DNA of 64,000 nucleotides from contig CAZLQI010000009.1 in NCBI GenBank assembly GCA_964561765.1, positions 37,266-101,265 of the forward strand, given 5' to 3'. The notes below the pieces were generated by a model. The model saw nothing but the letters and a program-made list of their open reading frames with translations, was not told where the DNA came from and did not search any database. The translations under genes were made by a program, and so were the position numbers. Every line of letters starts with the position of its first letter. Within the stretch, counting starts at the first letter, position 1. Below are positions 30,303-40,479 of the stretch, piece after piece. This DNA is from an uncultured Chromatiales bacterium. Its GTDB lineage: Bacteria; Pseudomonadota; Gammaproteobacteria; DATFLL01.

Positions 30303-30504
30303 GCGGTTTTTGTTGTCAGACGTCGGGATTTTGGCGTGTCGTGATCTGCAAGGTGGATAATCCCGATATCGCGGTTGTCTCGTGGCAAGTTCGACACTGG
30401 GACGGACGTGCCCGCCGACCCATCCTTAGAGTGTATATCGGTAGTTTGGCGAGTTTCTTTAATATTGAGTACTATGGTAGTCCTGGGCAGGCACACATTC
30501 AGGC

Positions 30505-30532
30505 TCAAGGTTTACCCGGTTGCAGTCGATAG
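30505..30532 (+). promoter_or_regulatory. Putative sigma-28 promoter for motAB
   Basis: TCAAG-N15-GTCGATAG upstream of motA. Confidence 0.5.
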
Positions 30533-30588
30533 GTACATTAACGCAAGCCTGTGGATTTTAATACTCATTCCGGAGTGAAGTACGTTCC

Positions 30589-31443
30589 ATGAAGTTTATC
30601 GTTGGTTCTTTGATCGTTGCGGGCTCGGTCTTTGGTGGCTATATACTATCGAGTGGGAAATTGGCGGCGCTGTTTCAGCCATTCGAGTTATTGATCATCG
30701 CCGGTGGTGCGACCGGAGCCTTCGTGATCTCCAACCCCGGCAAAGTATTGAAGGATGTCCTCAAGGCCATTCCCAGCCTCCTTGCCGGTGCCAAGTACAA
30801 CAAAAAGTCCTATCTTGATCTGCTGACGATGATGTACGCATTGTTTGCCAAGGCACGCAAGGAAGGGTTGATGGCGCTGGAAAATGATATCGAAGAGCCT
30901 GAGCAGAGCGAGATTTTCAATCAGTATTCCAAGATAGTAAAGGACCATCATGTGATGAACTTCATCACCGATTACCTGCGGTTGATGGTCGGTGGCAGTA
31001 TGAACGCCTTCGAATTGGAAAACCTCATGGATGTCGAGATGGAGACCCACCATCACGAGGCCGAGCAGCCTGCCACCGCGATTACACGTGCTGCTGACGG
31101 CCTGCCGGGGTTCGGCATTGTCGCCGCCGTGATGGGGGTGGTGATCACTATGGGCTATATCAGTGAGCCCCCCGAAGTGTTGGGCCACCATATCGCCGCC
31201 GCCTTGGTGGGTACTTTTCTGGGTATCCTGCTGGCCTATGGCTTCGTCGGCCCGATGGGTACGGCAATAGAGCACAAGTCGCAAGAAGAAGCCAAGTTCA
31301 TGGAGTGCGCGAAGGTATGCATACTCGCCACGCTCAATGGTTATACACCGCAGATTGCCGTCGAGTTTGGTCGCAAGGTGATCTACAGCAAGGACAGACC
31401 GGGTTTTACAGAGCTGGAAGAGCACATCAAACAGAATAAATAA
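30589..31443 (+). CDS. motA: Flagellar stator protein MotA
   Basis: 'RKEGLMALE', 'DGLPGFGIVAAVMGVV', 'ALVGTFLGILLAYGFVGP', 'AVEFGRK'. Confidence 0.97.
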   Translation: MKFIVGSLIVAGSVFGGYILSSGKLAALFQPFELLIIAGGATGAFVISNPGKVLKDVLKAIPSLLAGAKYNKKSYLDLLTMMYALFAKARKEGLMALENDIEEPEQSEIFNQYSKIVKDHHVMNFITDYLRLMVGGSMNAFELENLMDVEMETHHHEAEQPATAITRAADGLPGFGIVAAVMGVVITMGYISEPPEVLGHHIAAALVGTFLGILLAYGFVGPMGTAIEHKSQEEAKFMECAKVCILATLNGYTPQIAVEFGRKVIYSKDRPGFTELEEHIKQNK

Positions 31444-31518
31444 TTCGGAGCATGGTTCGAGCAGACCGACGCGGGGGAATGCTCCGCTCCCGCTCCCGCA
31501 CAGGCATGTTGCAGGCAT

Positions 31519-32508
31519 ATGGACGACAAGAAACAACCCATTGTCATCAAACGCATCAAGAAGGGCGGTCATGCTGCGCATGGCGGTGCCTGGAAGGTGG
31601 CCTATGCCGATTTCGTGACTGCGATGATGGCGTTTTTTCTGCTCATGTGGTTGCTTGGTTCCACGACCAAGGCGCAAAAACGCGGTATCTCCGACTGGTT
31701 CCAGAATCCCACCGGGATACAGGGGCCGGGTGGAGCGAGTACCAGCATGATCCAGCTGGGCGGCACCATGGACATGCCGACCGGTGAAGGAAAAAAGACC
31801 AATAAGGAATCGCCTTCCAATAATAAGGCTAGGCAGCGGGTGCTCATCGCGGAGAAGGCGCTGGACAAACGCCGCCTTGATGCACTGATGCAGCAGATCA
31901 AGAAGGCCATTGACAAGAGCCAGGCACTCAAGCCCTTCAAGGATCAGCTATTGCTCGACATTACCCCCGAAGGCCTGCGTATCCAAATCGTGGACAAGGA
32001 AAATCGTCCCATGTTTGACAGTGGCAGTCCCAAGCTGAAGTGGTACACCACGGAGATCCTCCACGAGATTGGCAAGACCATTAATCAGGTGCCGAACAAG
32101 ATATCGATCACCGGGCATACCGATGCGACGCCCTACAGCAATGCAGTTCATGATTACACGAACTGGGAGTTGTCGGCGGATCGTGCCAATGCTGCTCGCC
32201 GGGCACTGATTGCCGGTGGGATGAATCCAGACAAGGTTGCCCAGGTGGTGGGCCTGGCTTCGACGGTCTTGTTCGATAAGGCTAATCCCTTCAGTCCGAT
32301 AAACCGGCGTATCAGCATTATCGTGATGAATAAGGCGACGGAAAAGGCGATACGCAAGCAGGGCAGAGGGCAGTCGGTGCCTACCCCTAGGCTTGCGGCA
32401 CCCAGTGTTCCCCCTGGTGCGAAAGCGCCTGGAGCGACGCCGGCTCCAGGCGCAGCGGCGCCCGCATTAACGCCCATATTGCCACCGATTAAATTGCCAT
32501 CGCCCTGA
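31519..32508 (+). CDS. motB: Flagellar stator protein MotB
   Basis: 'HGGAWKVAYADFVTAMMAFFL', OmpA-like 'GHTD...NWELSADRANAARR'. Confidence 0.97.
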   Translation: MDDKKQPIVIKRIKKGGHAAHGGAWKVAYADFVTAMMAFFLLMWLLGSTTKAQKRGISDWFQNPTGIQGPGGASTSMIQLGGTMDMPTGEGKKTNKESPSNNKARQRVLIAEKALDKRRLDALMQQIKKAIDKSQALKPFKDQLLLDITPEGLRIQIVDKENRPMFDSGSPKLKWYTTEILHEIGKTINQVPNKISITGHTDATPYSNAVHDYTNWELSADRANAARRALIAGGMNPDKVAQVVGLASTVLFDKANPFSPINRRISIIVMNKATEKAIRKQGRGQSVPTPRLAAPSVPPGAKAPGATPAPGAAAPALTPILPPIKLPSP

Positions 32509-32525
32509 GTTTTTCGCACCACTTT

Positions 32526-33536
32526 TCAGACGCTCAAGCTATCCACAATGCAGTGATAACTTTCCAGGCGACGAGGGCTGGCACGGCCTGCGTCCACGGC
32601 CGCACGCACGGCGCAACCCGGTTCCTGGCGATGTCTGCAGTTACGAAAGCGACATAAACCACGCAGTGGACGGAATTCGGGGAACCCCTCAAAGGCCTGT
32701 TGTGGTGAAACATTCCAGAGCCCGAATTCACGGATTCCCGGAGAGTCGATGATGGCACCTGACTTCGACAGGCGGTAGAGCAGGGAGGTTGTGGTGGTAT
32801 GACGCCCCTGGTCGGAGTGTGTTGATATGGCACCGATGCGGGCATTGGCCTCAGGCAGCAGGGCATTGATGAGCGAGGATTTGCCCACTCCGGACTGGCC
32901 GACAAAGATGCTGGTGTGTCCGTGCAGGTGGGTGTGCAGGGTGTCAAGTCCGTGTCGCTGGCATGTGCTTGCATAGAGAAGGGTGTAATCGAGCCGGTGG
33001 TATTCATCAAGGCTGTGTTCGAGCGCCACGCGTTCATCCGCATTGAGCAAGTCGATTTTATTGATCAGAATGAGGGGAGTGATGCCGGTGATCTCAGCCG
33101 CCAGCAGGTAGCGGTCAATGAGTGGTAACTGGATGCCTGGACGCGGTGCCACTACGATAAATATCTGCCCGATATTTGCTGCGATCGGTTTCATCTGCCC
33201 TTCCCGATCGGGGCGGGCAAGCAGGGTTTGCCTCGGGGTGAGGGCCACCACCACACCGTCGCCGTTGCGGGCCCTCTGCCAGATGATCCGATCGCCGCTT
33301 ACCATGGGGCTGAGGTTTTGGCGCAACAGGCAGCGATGGTGTGCGCCCATTGCGTCCTCGACGAGGACATAGGCCCCGTAGCGTGCCAGCAGGGTGCCGG
33401 TTTGCTCCGGGTACAGTGCTTGGTCACTGGGTCCTTCCTGTAGACGTACGGCTTTGCGCGCGGCCCGAGTCAGCCGTTCTTCCTGTATTTTTTCGATACG
33501 CCAGCGCTGGCGTCGACTCAGTTTACGTGAGGCCAT
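32526..33536 (-). CDS. rsgA: Ribosome small subunit-dependent GTPase RsgA
   Basis: 'NKID', 'GQSGVGKSSLIN', 'GRHTTT', 'DSPG', 'CRFRNCRH..EPGC'. Confidence 0.97.
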   Translation of the reverse strand: MASRKLSRRQRWRIEKIQEERLTRAARKAVRLQEGPSDQALYPEQTGTLLARYGAYVLVEDAMGAHHRCLLRQNLSPMVSGDRIIWQRARNGDGVVVALTPRQTLLARPDREGQMKPIAANIGQIFIVVAPRPGIQLPLIDRYLLAAEITGITPLILINKIDLLNADERVALEHSLDEYHRLDYTLLYASTCQRHGLDTLHTHLHGHTSIFVGQSGVGKSSLINALLPEANARIGAISTHSDQGRHTTTTSLLYRLSKSGAIIDSPGIREFGLWNVSPQQAFEGFPEFRPLRGLCRFRNCRHRQEPGCAVRAAVDAGRASPRRLESYHCIVDSLSV

Positions 33537-33610
33537 GCAGTCAGCGCGTGGGCCGGGAACGGCCGTTGGTGTGACGTCATGGCGCACCTCATGGCGTGGA
33601 TACCGGTCGT

Positions 33611-34846
33611 TTAGCCAACAGATGCGCGACGCGCACCGAGGCGGGGCGGATGGGAGTCGTGAAAGGCTGAGTATAGCGGGTCCGGTGTCAGGGTGCTGGC
33701 ATTGTCACGATACAGTTTGACCAGGGCGCGAACCAGGGTGCCGGCATCGGTTTGTTCGACGGCAAAATCGTCTGCCTCGAATTCGTGCCGACGTTGAGAG
33801 GCCGCGAGCAGAGGTTGGAGGAAAAAGGTGAACACCGGGGCGATCATCAGAAACAGGAGCAGGGCCATGTGCTGGGAGGCACGGGTGACCCCCAGGCCAT
33901 GGTAGAACCAACCCTGGGTGGCCAGCCAGCCAAGCAGGGCAAGGCCAAGCAGGCTCATGAGGGCCATGATCAGCAGGCGTTTCTGCACATGGCGACGACG
34001 AAAGTGTCCGAGTTCATGCGCCAGGACGGCCTCGACCTCGGTGGGCTCCAGGGTCTGGAGCAGAGTGTCGAAGAACACGATACGCTTGTTGGCGCCGAAA
34101 CCGGTGAAATAGGCATTGCCGTGACTGGAACGCCGTGAGCCATCCATGATGAAAACTCCCTGGCTGGTAAAACCGCAGCGCACGAGTAGATGCTCGATGC
34201 GGTTCCTCAGACCGGTATCCTCCAGGGGCTTGAAGCGGTTGAATAGTGGGGCGATGAAGGCGGGGTAGGCCCAGAGCATGAGCAGACTGAAACCCATCCA
34301 GACCAGCCAGACCCATACCCACCAGAACGGTCCGGTGTGGTGCATCAGCCACAGTACCAGCCAGATGAGTGGGGCGCCGATGAGCACACTGAGCAGCACC
34401 TGCTTGAACAGATCGGTGATGAACAGGGCCGGTCGGGTATGGTTGAAGCCGAAACGTTGTTCGATGCTGAAGGTCCGGTAGAGATCGAGCGGCAGGCTGA
34501 TCAAACCGGCAATGAGCAGGACGCTCAACACCACAGCGGTGGCGCTGAGCAGCGGAGACAAGCCGCTGGTCTGCCAGGCCCGGTCCAGGACATTGAGACC
34601 ACCGCCCAGCGTCCAGCCGAGCAGGATGAGGGCGCCAAAGACGGTGTCGAACATCGCGAAGCTGGCCCTGGCCTGGGTGTAGTCTGCCGCGCGTTGGTGC
34701 GATTGTGGTTCGATCTTGCCGAGAAAGGCCTCGGGCACAGTGGCGCGGTGTGCCAGTACGTGCCGGCGCTGTCGGTACAGCAGCCACAGTTGGGTCGTGC
34801 CTTGAATAATCACGGCGGCAATGAAGATAAGGCTGAAAAGGTCCAT
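33611..34846 (-). CDS. M48 family (Ste24-like) zinc metalloprotease with an apparent 1-bp frameshift near the 3' end
   Basis: 'DGSRRSSHGNAYFTGFG', 'HELGH', 'HEFEAD', 'YSAFHDSHPP'; canonical tail continues in another frame to 33589. Confidence 0.92.
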   Translation of the reverse strand: MDLFSLIFIAAVIIQGTTQLWLLYRQRRHVLAHRATVPEAFLGKIEPQSHQRAADYTQARASFAMFDTVFGALILLGWTLGGGLNVLDRAWQTSGLSPLLSATAVVLSVLLIAGLISLPLDLYRTFSIEQRFGFNHTRPALFITDLFKQVLLSVLIGAPLIWLVLWLMHHTGPFWWVWVWLVWMGFSLLMLWAYPAFIAPLFNRFKPLEDTGLRNRIEHLLVRCGFTSQGVFIMDGSRRSSHGNAYFTGFGANKRIVFFDTLLQTLEPTEVEAVLAHELGHFRRRHVQKRLLIMALMSLLGLALLGWLATQGWFYHGLGVTRASQHMALLLFLMIAPVFTFFLQPLLAASQRRHEFEADDFAVEQTDAGTLVRALVKLYRDNASTLTPDPLYSAFHDSHPPRLGARRASVG

Positions 34847-35132
34847 GTTTTTGCTCTGTTACGCGATCGACGGGCGCTGAGCGCGAACACCGCCAAGTGC
34901 AAACGTGTGAAAAGAGTCTGGCGGCGACCGGCCCGGACAGCGCAGGGTAGCCTTTGGTAGAATGCTTGGCAAGTCGCTGGCACACAGCTACTGCGGCCAT
35001 GCAGGCACCGGTGATGTGCCCTGCGCGCGGGCACGGGACCGGTATGGGGAGGGTATTGCCCGTGCTTGCGCCCAGGGTCAAATGAAAACCGGTTAACATC
35101 AACTGCATTCAACTAACTATAAGGAATGACGC

Positions 35133-35684
35133 ATGCCCCAGGACGCGATGAATCTCATCTGGATCGATCTTGAAATGACCGGTCTGGATACACAGGCGGA
35201 TTTGATTATCGAGATTGCCACCAGCGTGACAGATGCCCAGCTCAATGTGCTGGCGGAAGGACCGGTGGTGGCCATCCACCAGAGCGATGCTGTGCTCAAT
35301 GCCATGGATGCCTGGAACACGAATCAACATGGCAAGTCAGGACTGATTGAGCGTGTGCGCACCAGCCGCTGTGACGAGGCCGAGGCCGAACGCCAGACAT
35401 TGGCGTTTTTGTGCGAACATGTGCCGGCCAAGGCCTCACCGATGTGCGGTAACAGCATTTGTCAGGACCGGCGTTTCCTCGCCCGGTGTATGCCGAAGCT
35501 GGAGGCCTATTTCCATTACCGCAATCTCGATGTCAGCACGATCAAGGAACTGGCCCGGCGCTGGGCACCAAAGGTTTACAGCAGCTTCAATAAGCAGGGC
35601 GCTCACCTGGCACTCGATGATATCCGCGACTCCATTCTGGAACTGCAACACTACCGTGAACGGTTTATCCGCGTAGCGGAGTGA
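35133..35684 (+). CDS. orn: Oligoribonuclease
   Basis: '[12 protein letters not shown]', '[12 protein letters not shown]', '[13 protein letters not shown]'. Confidence 0.98.
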   Translation: MPQDAMNLIWIDLEMTGLDTQADLIIEIATSVTDAQLNVLAEGPVVAIHQSDAVLNAMDAWNTNQHGKSGLIERVRTSRCDEAEAERQTLAFLCEHVPAKASPMCGNSICQDRRFLARCMPKLEAYFHYRNLDVSTIKELARRWAPKVYSSFNKQGAHLALDDIRDSILELQHYRERFIRVAE

Positions 35685-35921
35685 ATCGGTTTTCCCGATA
35701 CGGTCACGCTGGCAGGCACATCTGCCCACATCAACGAGCGGGTGCAGGCACACCACGGCTGAGCGATTACGTTCCTGCGGGTTAGTCGTGGCGCGGATTC
35801 GCATCCTCTGGACGGCTCTTCTGCCGTCGTCTTTACTCTCCATGATTCTGTACAGAACACCCATTACGCACGGATAAGGGGGGGACACGTTGCAGCGGGT
35901 GTCGATCCGGCACGGATACTC

Positions 35922-35969
35922 GTCATATTTTCGCCGGTATCATCGGGCGACAGCAGTCAAATCTCCGAC
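35922..35969 (+). promoter_or_regulatory. Two putative FleQ/FlrA enhancer boxes upstream of the fliL promoter
   Basis: GTCATATTTTCGCC (35922) and GTCAAATCTCCGAC (35956) resemble GTCA-N6-TGAC. Confidence 0.35.
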
Positions 35970-36019
35970 ACTTTGCTTTTGTCGGTTTTTATCTTGTTGA
36001 TTAATAGATCTAAAATAGA

Positions 36020-36035
36020 TGGCACGTGTTTTGCT
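36020..36035 (+). promoter_or_regulatory. Sigma-54 promoter for the fliL operon
   Basis: TGGCACGTGTTTTGCT, exact GG-N10-GC, preceded by an A/T-rich tract. Confidence 0.85.
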
Positions 36036-36075
36036 GTTTGGTCTCTGACGTCAGTTTGATTCCGGAGTATACAAC

Positions 36076-36582
36076 ATGGCAAAAGACGATACTGAACTGG
36101 ATACCACTGCCCCCAGTGGGTCCGGCAAGAAAAAACTTATCCTGATCATCGTGCTCGTTGTGGCGCTGGTGGGGGTGTCGGTCGGGGCGACGTTGTTTCT
36201 GACCGGTGCCCTCGGTGGTGGCAAGGCGCATCCTGGCAAAAAAGCAGAAACGGCACAGATCAAGCCGACATTGTATTTACCGCTTGATCCCACCTTTGTG
36301 GTCAATTTCGAAAATCAGAGCATGGCGCGTTATCTGCAAGTGAAGTTACAGATTATGGCCCGATCAAAGGCTGCGCTCAACGCCGTGCAGTCGCAGATGC
36401 CGGTGATTCGTAACAATATTCTGCTCCTGCTCAGCAGCCAGCGCTACGCGCAGGTCAGTACCAGTGCGGGTAAGGATAAACTGCGCCAGGCCATCCTTGA
36501 CTCCATCAACAAGGTGCTGCACGACGCGGGCAGCAAGGAACACATCACGGCGGTGTACTTCACCGGCTTCGTGATGCAATAG
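36076..36582 (+). CDS. fliL: Flagellar basal body-associated protein FliL
   Basis: 'KKKLILIIV' TM, 'FVVNF', 'P.IRNNILLLLS', 'VYFTGFVMQ'. Confidence 0.96.
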   Translation: MAKDDTELDTTAPSGSGKKKLILIIVLVVALVGVSVGATLFLTGALGGGKAHPGKKAETAQIKPTLYLPLDPTFVVNFENQSMARYLQVKLQIMARSKAALNAVQSQMPVIRNNILLLLSSQRYAQVSTSAGKDKLRQAILDSINKVLHDAGSKEHITAVYFTGFVMQ

Positions 36583-36594
36583 GAGGACGCGTGC

Positions 36595-37575
36595 ATGGCC
36601 GTCAATGATCTGCTGAGCCAGGACGAGATCGATGCACTGTTACACGGGGTCGATTCGGGTGATGTCGAGACTGAGGTCGATGAGGTCGAGGCCGGACAGG
36701 CGCGTAGCTACGATTTCAACAGTCAGGATCGTATCGTGCGTGGGCGTATGCCCACGTTGGAGATGATCAATGAGCGTTTCGCGCGCCATATCCGTATCAG
36801 CATGTTCAATCTATTGCGCCGCAGTGCCGAGATATCGGTCGGTGGGGTGCAGATGCTCAAGTTTTCCGAGTACCTACATAACCTGTTTGTGCCGACCAGC
36901 CTGAATATCGTCAAGGTACGGCCCTTGCGGGGGGTGGCGTTGTTCGTGCTCGATCCCAAGTTGGTGTTTATTCTCGTCGATAATTTTTTTGGTGGTGACG
37001 GGCGGTTTCACGCCAAGATCGAAGGCCGCGAATTCACGACTACCGAGCAGCGCGTGATCACGATGATCCTGGAACTGGCATTTAAGGATTTGAAAGAGGC
37101 ATGGAAGCCGGTGCTCGACGTGGATTTTGATTATGTCAACTCGGAGGTCAACCCGCAGTTCGCCAATATCGTTAGTCCCACAGAGGTGGTGGTGGTTAGT
37201 ACCTTTCATATCGAACTCGACGGTGGCGGTGGCGATCTGCACGTGACCATGCCCTATTCCATGGTTGAACCGATCCGCGATCTGCTCGATGCCGGCATTC
37301 AAAGTGATCGCGCCGAGAAGGACGATCGCTGGACCAATGCCCTGCGCGATGAGATCAAGGCGGCGGAGGTCGAACTGAGTTCGGTGCTGACCCAGACTAC
37401 GGTCTCGCTGCGCGAGATTCTGAATATGAAACCGGGGGATGTGATTCCCATCGAATTGCCCAAAAAAGTGACTGTGCTGGCAGAGGACATTCCGGTGTTT
37501 CGCGGTCGCTACGGTGTATCACGCGGCAACATGGCGGTGAAGATTCTCGAACATGTCGAGCGTCCCAAAAACTGA
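36595..37575 (+). CDS. fliM: Flagellar motor switch protein FliM
   Basis: 'LLSQDEIDALL', 'RGRMPTLEMINERFAR'. Confidence 0.98.
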   Translation: MAVNDLLSQDEIDALLHGVDSGDVETEVDEVEAGQARSYDFNSQDRIVRGRMPTLEMINERFARHIRISMFNLLRRSAEISVGGVQMLKFSEYLHNLFVPTSLNIVKVRPLRGVALFVLDPKLVFILVDNFFGGDGRFHAKIEGREFTTTEQRVITMILELAFKDLKEAWKPVLDVDFDYVNSEVNPQFANIVSPTEVVVVSTFHIELDGGGGDLHVTMPYSMVEPIRDLLDAGIQSDRAEKDDRWTNALRDEIKAAEVELSSVLTQTTVSLREILNMKPGDVIPIELPKKVTVLAEDIPVFRGRYGVSRGNMAVKILEHVERPKN

Positions 37576-37616
37576 TTCGAACACGGCGTTTTTACCCGAG
37601 AAACGGGAGTATACCC

Positions 37617-38081
37617 ATGAGTGACGAGACGACAGAAGACACGCCGGCCGGTGGCGAGGCGGTGGATGAGTGGGCCGAGGCCATGGCTGAACAAGCGACT
37701 GATGAGGCGACTGAACAGGCGAGCGAGACCGTTCAGACAGGGAGTGACAGCGCGGCGGGTGGTGAGATTGCCGCTGCGGGTTTCGACAGTCTGGTGGACG
37801 AGGGTGTGCCGGGTGATGCAGAGGTCAACCTGGACGTGATTCTGGATATTCCAGTCACCATTTCCATGGAGATTGGTCGCAGCAGAATTAACATTCGTAA
37901 TCTGCTTCAGCTCAATCAGGGTTCGGTCATTGAACTCGACCGATTGGCCGGTGAGCCCATGGACGTACTGGTCAATGGCACCCTTATCGCACACGGTGAG
38001 GTCGTGGTCGTGAACGAGAAATTCGGTATCCGTCTCACCGATGTGATCAGTCCGGTCGAGCGCGTGAAGAAATTAAAATGA
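37617..38081 (+). CDS. fliN: Flagellar motor switch protein FliN
   Basis: 'ILDIPVTISMEIGR', 'GEVVVVNEKFGIRLTD'. Confidence 0.98.
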   Translation: MSDETTEDTPAGGEAVDEWAEAMAEQATDEATEQASETVQTGSDSAAGGEIAAAGFDSLVDEGVPGDAEVNLDVILDIPVTISMEIGRSRINIRNLLQLNQGSVIELDRLAGEPMDVLVNGTLIAHGEVVVVNEKFGIRLTDVISPVERVKKLK

Positions 38082-38106
38082 ACGCGGTCCAGGTGAATTA
38101 GGCGCC

Positions 38107-38616
38107 ATGATGCTGTTTAAACGTATCCTCATGCCGATCTTGTGCCTCGGTCTAAACTGGCCGTTGGCGGCGTCTGCGAGTGCATCGGTCACGGATAAGG
38201 TGGTTTCGGGCAGCCGTGTGGGTGGTGTCGCGCAGGCGGCGTTGGTTGGACAGGGGGTGGGTGGAGGCGAATACCTTCAAGTCTTTCTTGGTCTGTTCCT
38301 GGTGGTGGGTCTGATCATTGCGTTGGCTTGGGTGGCCCGCCGTTTCGGGCGCTTTAATGTGGCGGGGGCCGGTGCTCTGCGTATCCTGGGCGGATTGTCG
38401 ATGGGGCAACGCGAGCGTGTCGTATTGATCCAGGTGGGCGAACAACAGATCCTGCTGGGTGTCGCGCCAGGACGGGTGCAGACCCTGCACGTGCTGACAC
38501 AACCGATCACCTCGTCTGCGGCCAACACGGGGTTAGACCGCGGTGGCGCATCGGGCAGTGGCCCGCGTTTTGCCGAACGACTCAGTGCCGTACTCAAGCG
38601 GGGGCTACGCCCGTGA
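38107..38616 (+). CDS. fliO: Flagellar biosynthesis protein FliO
   Basis: TM then '[23 protein letters not shown]'. Confidence 0.93.
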   Translation: MMLFKRILMPILCLGLNWPLAASASASVTDKVVSGSRVGGVAQAALVGQGVGGGEYLQVFLGLFLVVGLIIALAWVARRFGRFNVAGAGALRILGGLSMGQRERVVLIQVGEQQILLGVAPGRVQTLHVLTQPITSSAANTGLDRGGASGSGPRFAERLSAVLKRGLRP

Positions 38617-39404
38617 CGAGATTTATATCGGTATCGTTACTGCCACCAGTGAGCGCGCGCCGGGGAATACAATGTGTACTGGTGTTGTTGCTGGCATTGT
38701 TGCCAATCGGTGTGGCGCTAGCCGCGCCGGGGCTGCCTGCGGTGACGGTAACCAGCAATGGTGATGGTAGCCAGACGTACTCGCTGAGCCTGCAGGTCCT
38801 GGGCCTGATGACGGCGCTGACACTGTTGCCCGCAGCGTTGCTGATGATGACCGCCTTTACCCGCATCATCATTGTCTTGTCCATCCTGCGCCAGGCACTG
38901 GGACTGACACAGACACCGTCATCGCAGATATTGATTGGACTGGCCCTGTTTCTGACTTTCTTCATCATGGCGCCGGTATTCAACCGGATTAACAGCACGG
39001 CCCTGCAGCCCTACATAAAAAACCAGATTTCGCTCCAACAGGCGATAACCAATGCAAGCCTGCCGTTGCGCGGCTTCATGTTGAAGCAGACCCGCAAACC
39101 CGATTTGAGTATGTTTGCCAAGATCAGCGGTCAGGGCAAGATTGCCTCGCCGGACAAGGTGCCGTTCTCGTTGTTGGTGCCGGCGTTTGTCACCAGTGAG
39201 TTGAAGACGGCATTCCAGATAGGTTTCCTGTTGTTCATCCCCTTTATGATCATCGACCTCGTCGTGGCCAGTGTATTGATGGCCATGGGCATGCTGATGC
39301 TCTCACCGATGATCATCTCGCTGCCGTTCAAGATCATGTTGTTCGTGTTGGTCAATGGCTGGACGCTGGTGTTGGGGACGCTGGCCTCGAGTTTTTACAG
39401 ATGA
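38613..39404 (+). CDS. fliP: Flagellar export gate protein FliP
   Basis: '[11 protein letters not shown]', '[15 protein letters not shown]', '[15 protein letters not shown]'. Confidence 0.98.
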   Translation: MTRFISVSLLPPVSARRGIQCVLVLLLALLPIGVALAAPGLPAVTVTSNGDGSQTYSLSLQVLGLMTALTLLPAALLMMTAFTRIIIVLSILRQALGLTQTPSSQILIGLALFLTFFIMAPVFNRINSTALQPYIKNQISLQQAITNASLPLRGFMLKQTRKPDLSMFAKISGQGKIASPDKVPFSLLVPAFVTSELKTAFQIGFLLFIPFMIIDLVVASVLMAMGMLMLSPMIISLPFKIMLFVLVNGWTLVLGTLASSFYR

Positions 39405-39426
39405 TGACAGTATAGGGAGAAGTGCG

Positions 39427-39696
39427 ATGAGTCCGGATAGTGTACTCAGTATTTTCCAACAGGCCTTGCATGTCATCTTGTTGCTAATCATCGTTATGCT
39501 GGTGCCGGCGTTGGTGGTCGGTCTGTTGGTGAGCATGTTCCAGGCAGCCACGCAGATCAACGAGCAGACCTTGAGTTTCATCCCCAAACTGCTCGTGACC
39601 TTGTTGACGCTGTTGCTGGCTGGCCCTTGGATGCTAAATCTTCTGGTGCAGTACACCGAGCGGTTAATTCACAACATCCCCTACCTTATCGGGTGA
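39427..39696 (+). CDS. fliQ: Flagellar export gate protein FliQ
   Basis: 'FQAATQINEQTLSFIPK'. Confidence 0.97.
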   Translation: MSPDSVLSIFQQALHVILLLIIVMLVPALVVGLLVSMFQAATQINEQTLSFIPKLLVTLLTLLLAGPWMLNLLVQYTERLIHNIPYLIG

Positions 39697-39699
39697 TGC

Positions 39700-40476
39700 A
39701 TGCACTTTACCAGCGCCGAGATCAACACCTGGGTCGGTGCCTTCATCTGGCCCTTCGTGCGTATTGCGGCCATGACTATGACCGCACCGCTGCTCAGTGC
39801 GCGCAGTGTACCGGTGCGTGTCCGCTTAGGTATCGCGTTGGCCATCACGTTGGTGGTGGCGCCGATGTTGCCGGCCATGCCACAGGTCGCCCCCTTCAGT
39901 GTGGCGGCGCTGTTGATTTTATTCCAGCAAATGCTCATCGGTATTATCTTTGGCTTCATAATCCAGCTCGTGTTCAGTGCGATCATCACCGCCGGACAGT
40001 TGATCGCCTTGCAAATGGGTTTGGGTTTTGCCGCCATGGTTGATCCCCAGAACGGCAAGCAGGTGCCGGTGGTCAGTCAGTTCTACCTGATGATGATGAC
40101 GCTGGTCTTCCTCGCCCTGAACGGTCATCTGATTCTTATTGAAGTGCTGGTGAACAGTTTCAAATTTATGCCGATTGCCAGTACTGGGCTGTTGCCGGCA
40201 AATTTCTGGCAACTCGCATTGTGGGGTGGACATGTCTTCTCCGGGGCGGTGAGTATTTCGTTGCCTGCGATTGCCTCACTGCTTATCGTCAATCTGGCCT
40301 TCGGCGTCATGACCCGTGCGGCACCGCAAATCAATATCTTCTCCATCGGTTTCCCGCTGACCATGCTGTTGGGCTTTGCCGTGATGTTAGTGACGCTGCC
40401 CAGTGCGTTGCCGCAGTCGGAACAGCTCTGGCGCGGTGCCTTTAATCTGTTGCGCGCACTGTCAGGGGGGGGCTGA
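39700..40476 (+). CDS. fliR: Flagellar export gate protein FliR
   Basis: 'QMGLGFA.MVDP', 'LNGHL', 'RAAPQINIFSIGFP'. Confidence 0.97.
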   Translation: MHFTSAEINTWVGAFIWPFVRIAAMTMTAPLLSARSVPVRVRLGIALAITLVVAPMLPAMPQVAPFSVAALLILFQQMLIGIIFGFIIQLVFSAIITAGQLIALQMGLGFAAMVDPQNGKQVPVVSQFYLMMMTLVFLALNGHLILIEVLVNSFKFMPIASTGLLPANFWQLALWGGHVFSGAVSISLPAIASLLIVNLAFGVMTRAAPQINIFSIGFPLTMLLGFAVMLVTLPSALPQSEQLWRGAFNLLRALSGGG

Positions 40477-40479
40477 GCC

